Positions 24,247 to 36,900 of a stretch of 64,000 nucleotides of DNA are shown in pieces. The notes beneath the pieces were generated by a model. It saw only the letters and a program-made list of their open reading frames with translations. It had not been told where the DNA came from and made no database searches. The translations under genes were made by a program, and so were the position numbers. Every line of letters starts with the position of its first letter. The stretch's first letter is position 1. The stretch is taken from positions 36,024,001-36,088,000 of the forward strand of contig NC_045697.1 of assembly GCF_009834535.1 (NCBI RefSeq), in the 5' to 3' direction. The DNA comes from Camelus ferus (Eukaryota).

Positions 24247-24717
24247 TTTTAAAAAATATATATGTATTTATTAAAGTACAGTCAGTTTACAATGTTGTGT
24301 CAACTTCTGGTGTACAGCATAATGTTTCAGTCATACATGAACATACATATATTCATTTTCATATTCTTTTTCACCATAAGTTACTACAAGATATTGAATA
24401 TCGTTCCCTGTGCTATACAGTATGAACTTGTTTATCTATTTTATATGTATTAGTATATGCAAATCTCAAACTCCCAGTTTATCCTTTCCCACCTCCTTTC
24501 CCCACTGGTAACCATATGTTTGTTTTCTATGTCTGTGAGTCTGTTTCTGTTTTGTAAATAAGTTCGTTTGTCTTTTTTTTCAATTCCACATACCAATGAT
24601 ATCATATTGTATTTTTCTTTCTCTTTTTGCCTTACTTCACTTAGAATGACGATCTCCAGGTCCATTCATGTTGCTGCAAATGGCATTACTTTATTATCTT
24701 TTATAGCTGAGTAATAT
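24247..24717 (-). mobile_element. 5'-truncated LINE-1 (ORF2 C-terminus plus 3'UTR) inserted in a MIR
   Basis: Minus strand encodes MDLEIVILSEVRQKEKEKYNMISLVCGI, a typical L1 ORF2p C-terminus, followed by L1 3'UTR and an A-rich tail. Confidence 0.9.
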
Positions 24718-24828
24718 GGGACATACTGTGTCGGATCATTGTGAGAATTAAAAGACTTAATACCAGTAATCAAAACAGCATGGTATCAAGTGTTTAAATT
24801 CTCACAATGACCCAACACAGTACGTCCC
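24718..24828. repeat. Inverted repeat with 48-bp arms and 15-nt loop
   Basis: 24718-24765 versus the reverse complement of 24781-24828: 42/48 identical by manual alignment. Confidence 0.92.
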
Positions 24829-26594
24829 GGCCTTGTCCAATTTCATAATCAACTGAGACCAGGAGAAGTGAACCACTCTGTGGAGGAGCTGGGATTGGAA
24901 CCCAAGTCATTGATGGGGCTCCAGGCACCGCTCCTGGTTGTATTATTCTGAATGTGGGGCCAGGGTGTTATTCCTCCTCCATTTTCCCATCTCCTTGTGG
25001 ACCCCAGGAAGGGCTCCAGAGTTTTTCTTCATATAACATTATTCTCCTGTTGAGACTATATCATTTTGTGAGGTGACTTTCCTCGTGTCCTCTACAGTAA
25101 ACACCTACGCTCCTTGGCGTCACATGCTAGCCACTGTGCGAGGAATGGCTTCCCTCTCCAGCAGCCTTCTCAGGGACCATTCATTACCATGTGGACCTTA
25201 CAGATGGAGGCACAAGGCTTGGAGAGGTGCACGCTGCTGGGAGCGGCAGAGCTGGGACTTACACCCAGAGACGACTCTGGAGCTCTGTTCTAACCAGTGC
25301 TCCTTTGCAGGGTGCCAAGCACGTGATCCCTTTCTCCCCCACTTCCTTCTCCCCTGGGGAAGTGAGCACAAGAAGAAGGCAACACCAGAAAGGGTTCAGG
25401 AAGCTCTGCCAGGGGCCATGTGCTACTTCCCGAGTCCCCTCTTTTTCCTGATCCGGTGAAGGGCCTTTGCAGGATTTATACCAAGTTCTCATGATGCTCC
25501 TGCTTTTAACTCAAAGAGCAGCACCCTTTCCTGGGCCTCCTACTTTCCAATCAAACCAGACTCTGGTCAACACAAACTTCTTTCAGCCCACCTTTCCTCC
25601 AAAGCCTTCCACTTCCTGACTGCCTGCCTAGCTCAGTTCCTCCAGCCAGCGACCACAGAGATGGAAAAAGAAGATCATTAACTAAACTTCTGATGTTTTC
25701 CCCACCAGAGACTGCCTTTGGCCATATTTAATCTATTATTGAGAGTATTTTTGGGACATAGTAACTGCTTCATGATAACATTTACAACCAGAAACTTCCT
25801 CCATTTATAATTTCAGATCAGAAGCCTTTGAGATGTCTTTTTTTTTAAAGAGGAAATTAACTTGTAAAAATACATGAAGGCCACAGAAGTAATATACAAA
25901 TACATGTTGACTATAAAAAAAACTCAAATGACACAAATAGACTGAGAGCAAGACTTCCCCTTTCGTTAGTCCTCCTATAATGTACTCCTTCCCAGAGGGA
26001 ACCACGTGTGAGCAGTTTGGTTTTTCTATTTCCAGAAAGTTTCCTTTGCATATAGACATATGGTTTAAAACTTAACCTCGAGCAAATACTCACAGAGGGC
26101 CTGAGCATCAGGAGAAGCACCAGGTACTTAATTCTGTAAAACCAGAGAGTCAGGGATGCACCTGGCTCTTCCCCAGGATGTCCCGGAAACTAGCAGGGGG
26201 CCTGGTCCGTGCTGCTGGATATGTGGGAATGAATGCATGAATGAATGAACAAACGAATGAATGCAGATTGGAGACAGACACACAAAAGGTTACTTCATTA
26301 TTTTAGAAAACAGTGATCTTTGCTTTAATTATCATTTCCTTTGCTATTGCCGTTTCTTCCTCATTCAAGTTCAAATTTGGAAATAAGCAGAACAGGAGAA
26401 GCAGCCAGTATTTCAGCACCAAGAAAGAACTGGTGTTAGGTAGAAAACATCCTTGGACAAAATAAAGAAGCCAGGGTCTAGGAAACCTGCTCTGATTACA
26501 TCTCAAAGTGATTTCCAGCTCCATGGTTTTCTCATATGGTGATAGTGCTTTGCAGAGAACTAAAAGCAGAGACATAGAGGATTTTGGTTTACAT

Positions 26595-27723
26595 TTTATT
26601 TCCTCCACCTGTTTAATCCGCACTAGCCACTGTTTTACAGCTTTATCTCTTTATTACAAACATCTTTGAGAGATGCTAGGAATTTCCACCAACTGTATAC
26701 CTATTAATGTGCAGTTCCAAGCAGTTAATTTTGGCTGGAGTTCTTGTATAATTTCACTCTATGAGTCTAGGTTTTTCTGCTATGGCCAGAAGGGAGACTT
26801 AGACTCACAGAAAAGAAAGCTTTATATTTCAGTAGAAATGTGAAATCACAAAAGTCACAGAGGTTGGGGTTCCAACTTAGACTCCTTGGACCAGATATTT
26901 TTATTGGAGCCTTCCTTGGGGAGGAGAGGAAAGCTTTAATAGGCAGAGACAGCCCTCCAATCAACCTCTCTCCCACTACTGTTCCAAGCAGGCTGGTAGC
27001 CCTGCCCAGTAAGCGAACTGGAACAATGCAGCCCTTTGTACTGGCAGGCGATTTACAAAACGGGCAGACAATCAGCACTGCCCTGGCCACTACCCCTCCC
27101 TCGCCTTTTCAGAAATGGCTCAGATCAAGAGAGAAACAAAGCCTCCGATCCTCTTTGCAATGTTCCCTCCTCAGCTATATAATCTTAAAAACCAACCTTT
27201 CCTCACACTCATGATTCTAAAACATGTCTAACTCTTCCTTGAGCAACTGCAGATCAAAAGGTTTGTCATCCACCAACACTCACCAACAGGCACTTACTTA
27301 GAATGAATGAACTTGCAGGTGGAATCAGAAAGATCACAGATAGAGAGTTAAGGATAAAGGGGAATTATCATGAATTAGGCCAGCTGAGAGACAGTTTGAC
27401 ATCTTTAGAAAAATGAAAAAGGTTTTTGTTTTCCCTTCCTTAATAGAGGCACCGGGGATTGAACCCAGGACCTTGTGCAAGCCAAGCACACGCTCTACTG
27501 CTGAGCTACATCCCCATCCCTAAAAGGTTTTGTTTTGTTTTTTAAGAATCGCAGCAATTCCAGCTAAGTAATTCACTGTGTGGTTATCAAGACCTTCTGG
27601 GCAGAATTCAGTCATATCCATGATTAGAAACAGGGACACTGATTTTGGAGGCATATCTTGGATGGTGACAGAGAACAGTGTTGGGATTTCCAGCCCAGTA
27701 GGTCTCATCTTCTTAGCAGATGC
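26595..27723 (-). other. SCFD2: SCFD2 3'UTR with candidate poly(A) signals
   Basis: Minus-strand AATAAA (plus-strand TTTATT) at 26900-26905, 26650-26655 and 26595-26600. Which one is used cannot be determined from sequence. Confidence 0.6.
27433..27520 (-). mobile_element. tRNA-derived SINE (Vic-1-like) in SCFD2 3'UTR
   Basis: Reverse complement reads GTAGCTCAGCAGTAGAGCGTGTGCTTGGCTTGCACAAGGTCCTGGGTTCAATCCCC; AAAAGGTTTT on both sides as likely TSD. Confidence 0.85.
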
Positions 27724-27816
27724 TCAGAAGCCAAGGTCTGGATGTAGCCGGTCAGTTGCAAATAACAGCTCAGGGATGTTAAGTGGCTTCAGGAGTCGAG
27801 TGGACAGCACGATTAC
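27724..27816 (-). CDS. SCFD2: SCFD2 last coding exon (VIVLSTRLLKPLNIPELLFATDRLHPDLGF*)
   Basis: Minus strand reads TTAG|GTAATC...GGCTTC TGA; 93 nt. Matches the SCFD2 C-terminus I recall. Convergent synteny with RASL11B as in human. Confidence 0.93.
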   Translation of the reverse strand, partial: VIVLSTRLLKPLNIPELLFATDRLHPDLGF

Positions 27817-28276
27817 CTAACAGGAGGGGCAAACACACCGCAGACAATTAGGGAAGTCAGTTCCAGTTTATTAGACGATGAGAAATCAAATGCAACATAT
27901 TTCTTTGGGGGAAGCCATGGGATGGGGTGTTGTGGAGAAAAAGGCAGAAGGTGGCAGCTTGAATGCCCGGGGATGCTGGTGTCCCGGGTGGAAGGAGGGT
28001 GCACAGGCTGGGAAGGATGGCTCATGGGAGGTCTGGGCCGTGCCTGCTGAACCTTTAACCAGCGGGTGCTGAGAAGGGCAAGCGAGACACCTTCTTACAG
28101 CTGCATCGAATTTGATCAGACTGTAGCTCTGCAATCCAGTAATTTGCCCTCAATATAGAGAGTTCTCCCTCTTCCAGAGAGCCTTTGCTCCTCCAGGGAA
28201 AGTGAGAAGGCACACACAAGAGCTGGATGCTGTCGCAGGTGATAATGATGGTGACTGAATTCATTTTCTAGAAACA

Positions 28277-28621
28277 AAATTGGTGGCTTAAATAACAGAA
28301 AATTATGGTCTCCTAGTTCTGGAGGCCGGAAGTCCAGGATCAAGGTGTTGGCAGGGTTGGTTCCTTCTAAGGGTTGTGAGGGAGAATCTTCCCTCCTAAG
28401 CTTCCTTATGTCTTCACACTGTCTTCCCTCTATGTGTGTCAGCCTCTGTGTCCAAATGTCTCCTTTGTAAGGACACAGTCATATTGGATTAGGGCCCACC
28501 CTAATGACCTCATCTTAATTTGACCATCTGCAAAGACCTATTTCCAAATAAGGTCACATTCACAGGTACTAGGGGTTTGGACTTGAACATCTTTTGGGAG
28601 GGGACACAATTCAACCCATAA
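28277..28621 (-). mobile_element. MaLR LTR (MLT1A/B-like)
   Basis: GGTGGCTTAAATAACAGAAA...GTTCTGGAGGCCGGAAGTCCAGGATCAAGGTG...TATTTCCAAATAAGGTCACATTC...GGGACACAATTCAACCCATAA. Confidence 0.8.
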
Positions 28622-28629
28622 TGACAATA

Positions 28630-28870
28630 ATAATGATGATATCTGCTAATATTTATTAGTCCTTTGATGTTCCAGGCATTGAGGATGATCTCATTTAATA
28701 TCCATTTAATCTTCATAACAACCCTCTGAAGCAGGTACATCTATTATTTCTATTTTGCAGAGAAGAAAAATACAGCACAGAAAGGCTAAGTAACTTGTCC
28801 AAGGACACACAGGAAGTAGATGAGTCAGGATTCCAACCCAGGCAGGCTGGCTGCAGTGTCCAAGTGCCTG
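28630..28870 (-). mobile_element. MIR SINE
   Basis: TTTAATCTTCATAACAACCCT...ATTTTGCAGAGAAG...AGGCTAAGTAACTTGTCCAAGGACACACAG. Confidence 0.75.
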
Positions 28871-29994
28871 TCCAGCCACTTCTCTATCGTCAAGGGCTCT
28901 GGGAGGGCTGCTCACTCCCCTCATCCCCAAGGACCTTTGGGCCTCTCTGGCCTGTCATCGTGGTGTCCCCTCCTGTGTCCCTGAGTCTGGGTCGGTCCTC
29001 TGAGGCAGATTTCCCTATGCAGCACTGGGAAAGCTTATTCCCAGAGTTGGGCCGGGGCAACAACGTGCTTTGTCAGGCTGGTGGGGTTTGTCCAAGCAGG
29101 GGTTGGTGCACCCACCGGATGAAGGTGACCCTGGGAAGTGGGGAAGGAGGTACTGGAGTCTGATGCCGGGGTCCAGCCGCTGAGTGCGGGGGAGTCTCCG
29201 CCTGTCGGCTGGCCTGGGCTTCCCTGGGCCACACAGCCCAGTCTGGCCTCTCCAGAGTGAGCAAGTTAGCACTCACACTCACACTTCTCCCCTCCTGTCC
29301 CCAGAGTTGTCCCAGGAGGAACCAAACCAATAAGTTAACCAACTCACTGGCCAAAAACAGAGTCCACAATCCAGTGTGGAGGAAAGGCAGAGGGAGGTAA
29401 AGAGAGAAGGAAGCATTTTATAACTTTCTTGTTGTTGTTGTTAAAGAAATGAGGGTTATTACAAAGTTTTCTGTTTAAAACAAAAATGAATCTTTGAAAG
29501 CAGTGATTTTACTTTTTCTTGAAAGACAATTATCCTTGAAAATATATGGTTAATGTCAGCCAAGTCATATTGTGGGCAGAAGAAAATACACTGCACTGTG
29601 TTCACATTTTTCCTTGAGTCATTTGATGAGAATTCGAGTGCAGTGAGTCAATATTAGGATCCCCTTGTCATGCAGTGTAGACACCATTTGCATATGTGGC
29701 CCTGAAGGGGGTGTCTACTCACTCCTCAGGGTTTTCCAGGCCAAGCCAGCAGGTGGCTAAGAACAGCGGCGCCCAGGCCAGCACAGGCGTCAGACCCCGG
29801 CAGAGCCCAGCTCCCAGCTGACCAGCTGCATGCCCCGAGGATGGTCCCTTCACTTGGGGCCTTACCCTATCCATCCCAGAAAACAACCAACAGCCTAGAG
29901 CTTATAGCATTGTGGCAAGGATGACTTAAGGTCACGTGTGTAGAGCACGCGAGGGGCTCAACAATTCTCAGCTGTTATTTTCTTGTGGTTTTGT

Positions 29995-30147
29995 GATTGG
30001 GTCACAGGCCTTCTTTCGAATCTTATGAAAGCTAAGACTTCTCTAGAAAAATATGCAGATGTTCCTACACACAAGACTTTGAGTATAGTTTTAGGTGAGG
30101 TTCATAGACAACTAGGATTCACAGAATACAAGTTAAGAAAGCCTTAT
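29995..30147. mobile_element. hAT-Charlie-type MITE fragment
   Basis: GGGTCACAGGCC...GAATCTTATGAAAGCTAAGAC...AGAAAAATATGCA...GTTAAGAAAGCCT. Confidence 0.45.
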
Positions 30148-33100
30148 TCAGATATTTTAAAAAATGCCCACATAAAGACAAAAAACCTTTGCACACTCTG
30201 GTGGTAGACTCTGGTGAGGTAGGAGGCCAGTGCAGCTACTGGGCCACAGGCCCCTTCCCTGCCCTGTGCCTGCCAATCCCCGCTGCCCCTGCCAGCCCCT
30301 CGGGTCCTTAGTTGCAAAGCCAACATGGCGGATTCCTCTCTGGCTGAGAGTCCTGGCTTGAGTGAGGCCCCCAGGATGCTTAAGTCTTACTGGCAGGACT
30401 GAGGAACTTGGAGAGAAAAGGCTGGAGACTCAGTTGACGTGGACACTTCTAGAGCAGTGATAATTAAGCCAAAAGAATCCGTCACTCTCAGGTCGTGTGC
30501 TGGGCTTCCAGTCACGGCCAACAGTGACTGTGGGTTCAGTCGCCTCCATTGAGCTGGAACCAAAGACCATTTAAACCCCTCCCATCTAAACAAGAGGGTA
30601 TTTAGACAACATGAGGGCTGAATCAGAGTGTCTGGGGCATGCTCTGTGGAGGGCTGAAAAGGAACAGATGGAAAACAAAGGCAGTCTGTGAAGGAACTGA
30701 GAAGGTCAGGTCTCTGAGGAGGGGAGAAAGCTGAGACCAAGGACTCTCGCTGGACAGCACAGAGGGTAAGGCACAGACTTAGGAGTGTTCAATCTGAGTT
30801 GGGCCCCAGCCGGTCACTTTCCAGACGATGGAGCCTAGAGAATTTGCTTACTCATTTTGAGCCTCAAATTCCTCATCTGTAAAGTGGGAATCCACCTCAT
30901 AATTATCTTGAGAATTAAATGTGAACATCTACGTAAAATATTTAGCACAATGACAGGTTCTAGAGGGGCTGAAAATGGTCCTCGCTGTTATTGTCTTCTT
31001 ATCATCACCGTCCTCACTGCTCTCACCCTCTGCTGCGTCCCCTCTATTCAGCTCATAGCAGTCACTGGAGCAGTCACCAGGCCCATGCAGGGGAGGCAGA
31101 GATGCCAGAGCCACCTACCCTGGGTGTAAATCTGATCATATTTACCCATAGGCTTCAAATCCTGACTGCCTCCTCCCCACCCTTTATAAGTCCAGCCATC
31201 TTAGAGAGTTTTCCAAGACTTGAGAATCTGATGTCTGCTCAGCACTCCACACCCAACCCCCTTCACCACCGCTTCCACATTCCAGCCACCCTAAATCATT
31301 TGCAGTTCCACAAGTGGCACTTTGGGGATGGTTCTTTATCGGGAAGGGGAGTTCCCTTTCTCTTAGTTGTCCTTCAACAATCTGGTCAGACATCACTACT
31401 TCCAGGAAGCCTTCCCAGATCACCCCTACCTGAAGACTGAGGGTGTTTTCATGGCTGTTGGTATCACACTGTATTTCTTGTTTCCTTAACTGAGTCTTTT
31501 TGTTGTTTGTTAGCACAGACCTGATATCTAGCAGGTCCTTGATACAGTGAGTTAGTGAATGATTAAATGAATGAAGGAAAACAAGACTAGGAAGGAAGCA
31601 GTGAGTTTAGCAACAGTTAGCAGGAGGCTCTGGAAAGAGAGCTCAAATAGCTCTGGGTAAATTCGTTTCAAATCAATTTGACTGAAAATCCATTTGTCTA
31701 AAATTCCTATACTGAAGAACAAGCAGGATTGCTCTGCTAACATTTTGTTTGTAGTATAATAGCTGATGGTCCTTAAACACTTTCATACCTTAGGCATCTT
31801 TTGTTCTTCAGAACGCTTTTGAGCATTTTCAGTTTTTTAGCGTATTCAACTAAGGTGCATCTCTGCATTATTTGACTAAAATAGTCCTTAAAATTATTTT
31901 AAAAAAAGAATAGCTAAGTGGGCAGGGGGTAGACACTCGAAAATGAAAAAGAAAATGTTTAAAAGAGTCTGAAATTGGCCTGTCTGATATTCAATTTAAA
32001 TTTCACAAACACAGTCATCAAATGTGCGTTATTAAGCAAATTAAGCGTTAAGAGAATTCCTTTCAGAAGACTGGCTTTTTCCAAGGCAAGTGAGGGCACT
32101 GATGAAAACATCCATCTGGGAGACAGGGGTGGAGGACACCACGGTTCCCAAGAGCCTCTGAACCAAGCCCCTAACAGCAGCCCCCAAGCTCCGCCCAGGG
32201 CAGGCGCTCTACTCTGGTGTGAGAGGGACAGCATCCCTGCCCAGCCTGCCAGCCCGACCGGCTCTGGCTCCCAGCAGCAGTGACCCAGCCCTCTCGCTTT
32301 CTTTCCTCTTTCCGCTTCTGCGGGCCATCGCTATAATTTGCAGGTGCCAGCATCTTCCTGTTCTATTTCTGCTGAACAGAGAGGAAGCGGGGCAATCCGG
32401 GATTTAGACTCCATATCCTTCTGATTTAATTGTGAACATTATGAATATTGTGAATTGAAAGGAGCAGGGGAGAACAATGGTTTTTCTCCATTTTTCTTTT
32501 AAACTTGGGAGATGCTTCCCAGTAAAAGCAACTCAGATGCACGGGCACCAACATGCATGTTCAGCCAGCTGAGGAATTGGTTTTTGAGCACAGATCGTAT
32601 TTGAGGCACCACCCGCCTCTGCTTGCACAGGGGCTGCTCCTGTACACACGCAGACCCACGCACAGCGTTAAACATAGAGTGTGTGTATTAAACCGGTGGG
32701 GCAGTGGATTAGCTAAATGGATATGATTAAGCTTCCTGGGAAACTGCTGCCTTCACGTTGCCTCCGGGGCGGGCGTGCTGCGCTTAGGCGCTCCTAAAGA
32801 ACCGGCTGAGATTTCAGATGTCTCTTCAATTTGTCCCTCGTGATAGTTGTTTAAAAAGCCGTCACTTGAGGGAAAACAACCAGGAGAACAAAAACCTTAC
32901 ATTGCGAACGACTTCAGCCCTGTTAAGAGGATTGCTACGAATATCAAAGAGAAACGCAGGAGAAACGCACAGGAATAAAGGGCACCGTTACCGGGACTGC
33001 TATGAACACGTGTAATGCCATCCAACACCGTGACTCCTACTTCCTCTATAGTGTCTACTTCAAAGCATAAGGCCTGAAGCTCACTCAGGCAAAAAGAAAA

Positions 33101-33885
33101 ATTTTAAATCCCACTGACATTTTCCTTAGAGTAAGAAACTTCAGAATTAAAAAAAAAAGTTGCTTGACTCCTCTCCTTGGGACTTTTTTTTTTTTTCTCC
33201 TTGGGTTTTAGAATAACTTGGAGTCAGGGTTTAGAGCCAGGATTTAGGTATCCTTGGACCCCTAAGGTTGTGCAAAACTGTGTATATGAGCATATTTCTG
33301 GGCCTACTTTTTTTCTATTACATTTCCACTAAATATTCAGCCCCAGAAATACAGACCCACATGAAAGTGTGGCTGGGCAACCTGCTCTAGTCCACAAAGC
33401 GCCGTGCCCGCAGGGTCAGCTTCCCCACTTGGTCTTCCTCTGTTTCCTGAGCTGGCCTTTCCCTGTATTTTCTGGGAGGGTCCCTCCCTGTTATTTTCCT
33501 CCCACAATCCCAGACTTGGCCACCGCCGACTGCAGGGTTCAGCCTGCAGAGCTGCCTGGGTGTGGTGCAGAGAGTGAGTGAGACAGAGGCCAGCGCTGGG
33601 CGCGCGCAGCGTGGCCCAGCCTGCAAAGTCTCCTGCTCCCGGCCTGTGGCTGTTTGGGGTGGGGTTGAGAGGCTGCTTCTTTGATCCCTTTTTTGTAGTC
33701 GGGAAAGAGGGCCCTCTCCTACCGCCCACTTTGTCTTATCAGCAACAACCAGGGGCAGAGGGTGGAGAAAACACATCCATATTAGAGTATGACGACCGTC
33801 CTCTGGACTAGCAGGTGCTAATGTGCTTTCTGGATTCCACTGTTTCACACTATCTTCATTACTTTTTGTGAAAGAGAATTCATTT

Positions 33886-33990
33886 TTTAAAAAATTGTAC
33901 TTTTTTAAAAAAATGGAAGTAGTGAGGATTGAACCCAGGGCCTCATGCAGCTAAGTATGCACTCTACCCCTGAGCTATACCCACCCCTCA
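33886..33990 (-). mobile_element. tRNA-derived SINE (Vic-1-like)
   Basis: GATTGAACCCAGG...CTGAGCTATACC; TSD AGAATTCATTT at 33875-33885 and 33991-34001. Confidence 0.88.
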
Positions 33991-36900
33991 AGAATTCATT
34001 TCTCGATATGCCTTTAGTGGATTCTATCAGCAGTTTCCTTTGAAGAGCGGATCCCTTGCAGATCTCAGCTCACCAGCCTTCTCCTCCAAGGGGAGCCAGT
34101 GCCATCTGAAGGACATCCCCCACAGGTACTCCCACCACAGTCCCTGTCTCTGTCCCTGGAACACTCATCTCCGGCTGGAGCGTCTGTGTTTAGTATCAGT
34201 CACTCACTATTGGAATGTAAGTTCCATGAAAGCAGGAAAGAGTCTGGCTTGGTCACCCCTCTACCCTCAGCATAAAGAAGAGTGCCTGGCATAGAGAAGA
34301 TGCTCAATAAATGTTCACTGAGTAATTTAAGAGACATGATTTTAAGTTCCTGTACTTGGGTCCAAAAAGCACCCTTGTGGATATAGGATCATAGCAATTG
34401 ATATAAAAGACAGAGTGATTTTGGTTGTCCATAATCTCAGAATTAATAACAGGTTGGTGTAGTTCTCCAGAAAAGTTACTTTTATCTTATGCTTCAATAA
34501 TGCAAGAACAGTTTTTAGGGTTCAATATTCGACATTCAGCCAACAATCGTGACACCCAGTGCCAGACCCCGTTTGAGGTGCTGGGAATAAATTAAGTGCA
34601 AAGTCCTGAGGCCGGAAGGGAGCAGACCGGCAGAAAGGTGGTAGGAAAAGGCCCAGAGGCAGGCAGGGCCTGTGGTGGAACGAGGTGGTCCCACTGCCTC
34701 TGCACTGATCAGCAAGGAAGGCTCTCAGCTGTGAGTGAGTGAGAGAGGGAGAGACACTCGGGGCCCAGCAGAGTCGCACGGGGGCCGTGGGCTGAGGTGG
34801 GGGTTGGGGGTGCGTAGGAACTGAAGATACTCAGTTTAGAGAGGAGTAGCCCTGGGGGAGGACATGTGGAGGAGGGATGAGCCTGATTTGCTTGTAGATT
34901 CTGTGCGGCCCAAGAGCTAGAGGCAGCACTGGAGAGCAAGAGCTCCCAGGGGCAGATGTGGACTCGTAGGGAGGAGATGGTCCTAACTGCCGAGGGCTCA
35001 GGTAGGCTGCAACGGGAGGGGCATATCAGTTACGCGTACTATCGCTGTTTACATCAGTGGGCAAGTCAGAGTCACTACCAGTCGCCAGATGTGTGTTTGG
35101 GGGTGATTCTGAGGAACCTGCCCCTTCAGTCAGTTGCTACGTGTATTCCGACAGAAGTCTAAGCAGGAGATGGAACTGGACCGCCTGCCTTTTTGGGTAT
35201 AGCTAGAATGGCCAGGCCTAAGTCCTGCTGCACTTTTAAAGACCCAGCGCTGGTCACGTCTCCGATCTGGGCAGAGTTAGCTGTGAGCCTGCTGGGGTCT
35301 AATAGAGACCTGCCCCCGCAGGTGTCACTCCAGCAAACAGGCAGGTAATCCACCTCCCTTCACAGACTTGGAAGTGAGGGCACTATGGTAAACACTCCCC
35401 TTTGGAATCTTCCCAGGGTCTGTTAACCCTCCGGGGGGAACTTTTTGCACAAAGGACAAGTAGCAGACAAAGCTAACTTCTTTGAGCTGCTGTCTGTGCA
35501 GATGACTGAGAAGAAGGGCGGTCGGACTACAGCCAAGCCTCTGAGCCACTGCAGATTCCGGGCCTCTGTTGTCAAACTCAGGTCACACGGCTTTGAAAAC
35601 GTCTGCATTTTATCCTTTTAAAGTGGGGATTAACACGTCTGTTGGGCTGTTACAATGCATCACTGTTCGGAACAGCGAAGAATTGGGTTTACCATGTGAG
35701 GGGCAGTGAGAAGTGTGCTTTCTGATTAAAAAAAAAAAGTCTTATTCGAAAAGACAACTGCTCACTAAACAGATCCTGTACACTGCTGACAGAGAGGGTG
35801 TGAAACGGGGCAGAATTTACCTCTTTATCAGAAATTCCACCAGCTAAGACCATGACAGGTGTTAGCAACAGCAGAAATGGTCACAGCCAATGACTAGTCA
35901 CTCCCCTGCTCAAGAAACTGCAGTGGCTCCCTACATACCTGGGTCCCTTTTCTTAGTTGGGTGTCTGGAGACCCCTAGGAACCAGGCCTTCTCTACGTTG
36001 CCAGGTGGCCCAGCCACCCTCAAAACACCACACCAGTTCTCCTGCCCCAAGTCAAGACCCCAAGGCTTACAGAACTCCTGCCCTGTGCTCAAGCCTGAGA
36101 AGGCCTAGCCTTTGTCCTCAAGGAATTCATGGTGGCTTGAAGAGGCTATGTCAGCAAGTGGGAGGCAGTCAGCAAGCTGTCTACTGCTGCATACAGAGTA
36201 CAGATTTTGGACGCTGGCAGAGATGCAGGGAGGGCTTGGAACAATGGGTAGGACTTCACAGAAGGCAAGGATGGGGGCTCCTTAGCTGGATGACTGGATA
36301 TACACAGTGGTGGGTGGATATATATGGTGGTGGGTGGCGACGTGGCAGCGGCACCCCCAGCAGCCAGGCGTGGCTGGAATACCACCCAGGTTCTGTGACC
36401 CATGGTGGACAGTCCCCCCCACGCCCGAGCCGGGGTCCTGCCTGAGGCACCACACTCGCATCTCTGTTTTGCTTCCTCCAAACCACAGAAAGCCGCTCGG
36501 CCGCATGCAGACCCAGCACAAAGCTGAAGACAGGTCCCAGGAGGCGAGTCTCAACTATGAGGTGGGGGCGGGGTGGAGGGAGAGTGAATGGGAAGATGTC
36601 CCGGGTCCCTGTCCCCCAGCAGGACAGTTCTGAGGCTCTTCAAGCCCCCAGAGGACAGAACCTCAGTCAACCACAGCGATGACCAGCCCACAGGGCTCTC
36701 TTCTCTGGCTCTTCTCCCTCCACTGTCTCTTCTGACCCCTCCCTTCTGCTTCCTGGGATCATCTCCATGTCAACTACCTGCTCCCACGTCCCTGTCTCAG
36801 GCACTGTTCTGCGGAACCCACGAAGGCAGGGATTTCTAGTCTTGCTAGTTACAGGCCTTGCTTCCCCAGCCAGATTAGAGCTGCCAGAGCCCGGGAAGTC

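Noticed and set aside
24450..24665. ORFs MDLEIVILSEV... (also 54074-54313) as host genes
   Set aside because: C-terminal remnants of LINE-1 ORF2 in 5'-truncated copies.
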